This document shows, in pieces, positions 19,030 to 20,000 of a stretch of 20,000 bases of DNA. Within the stretch, counting starts at the first letter, position 1; every line of letters begins with the position of its first letter. The notes under the pieces are model-generated. The model was not told the DNA's origin. It did no database searches and saw only the letters and a list, made by a program, of their open reading frames with translations. Origin of the DNA: Chiloscyllium plagiosum (taxonomy: Eukaryota); the NCBI RefSeq assembly GCF_004010195.1, contig NC_057717.1:106509517-106529516 (forward strand). Direction: 5' to 3'. Position numbers and translations under genes: made by a program.

Positions 19030-20000
19030 GTGCTGCACTCCCTTAGCACTGACCCTCCGACAGTGCGGCACTCCTTCAGCACTGCTCATCCGACAGTGCG
19101 GCAATCCCTCATCACAAACCCTTCAACAGTCCTGCACTCCCTCAGCACTGACCCTCTGACAGTGCGGCACTCCATCAGTACTCTCCCTCTGACAGTGTAG
19201 CACTCCCTCAGCACTGACCCTCTGACAGTGCGGCACTCCATCAGTACTCTCCCTCCGACAGTGTAGCACTCCCTCAACACTGACCCTCCGACAGTACGGC
19301 ACTCCCTTAGCACTGACCCTCCGATAGTGCGGCACTCCTTCAGCACTGACCCTCCGACAGTGCAGCGCACCCTCAGCACTGACCCTCCGACAGTACGGCA
19401 CTCCCTCAGCACTGACCCTCTGACAGTGCCCACTCCCTCAGCACTGACCCTCTGACAGTGCGGCACTCCTTCAGCAATGACCCTCCGACAGTGCGGCATT
19501 CCCTCAGCAGTGACACTCTGAGAGTGCAGCACTCCCTTAGCACTGACCCTCTGACAGTGCGGCACTCCCTCAGTAATGACCCTCCGACAGTACGGAACTC
19601 CTTCAGCACTGACCCTCCGACAGTGCAGCGCACCCTCAGCAGTGACCCTCCGACAGTGCGGCACTCCCTCAACACTGACCCTCCGACAGTGCGCCAATCC
19701 CTCAGCACTGATCTTCATACAGTGCCCACTCCCTCAGTACTGACTGTTTAACAGTGCACCACTCCCTCAGCACTGACCATCCGACAGTGCGGCACTCCCT
19801 CAGTACTGACCTTCCGACAGTGCAGCAATCCCTCAGCACTGACCCTCCGACAGTGCGGTGCTCCCTCAGTACTGACCCTCCGACAGTGCGGCGCTCCCTC
19901 AGTAATGACCTTCCAACAGTGCGGCACTCACTCAGTATTGACCCTCCAACAGTGCGTCACTCCCTCAGCACTGACCCTCTGACAGTGCAGCACTCCCTCA
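19030..20000. repeat. 33-bp minisatellite (CACTCCCTCAGCACTGACCCTCCGACAGTGCGG)n, continuing past the window end
   Basis: About 29 adjacent diverged units with no unique spacers. Confidence 0.97.

Noticed and set aside
19030..20000. CRISPR array or real Cys/His-repeat protein ORFs
   Set aside because: Units are directly adjacent with no unique spacers, the context is eukaryotic, and the ORFs are a by-product of a unit length divisible by three

Overview
Vertebrate genomic DNA, almost certainly from a cartilaginous fish (shark), judging by the HE1-type SINEs and CR1/HER1-type LINEs. Most of the window is decayed retroelements: several CR1 LINE fragments, a Rex1/Babar LINE, an L2-like LINE, tRNA-derived SINEs, a Tigger-like DNA transposon end, a probable Gypsy integrase remnant, an assembly gap and a 33-bp minisatellite. 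Most ORFs in the supplied track are fragments or antisense shadows of these repeats. The most notable signal is a dense set of short non-coding Penelope-like (pLTR-derived) insertions carrying minimal hammerhead ribozyme motifs (CUGANGA-A-stem II-GAAA-palindromic stem III-UH). At least three sequence subfamilies show compensatory stem changes. Several copies have 12-17 bp target-site duplications and inverted arrangements, and one 92-bp insertion is little more than the ribozyme plus AATAAA. A CpG-retaining unique region (about 10780-11300) holds a probable minus-strand signal-peptide first exon, with a CRE site upstream. All family assignments come from recognising motifs by eye, not from database searches.
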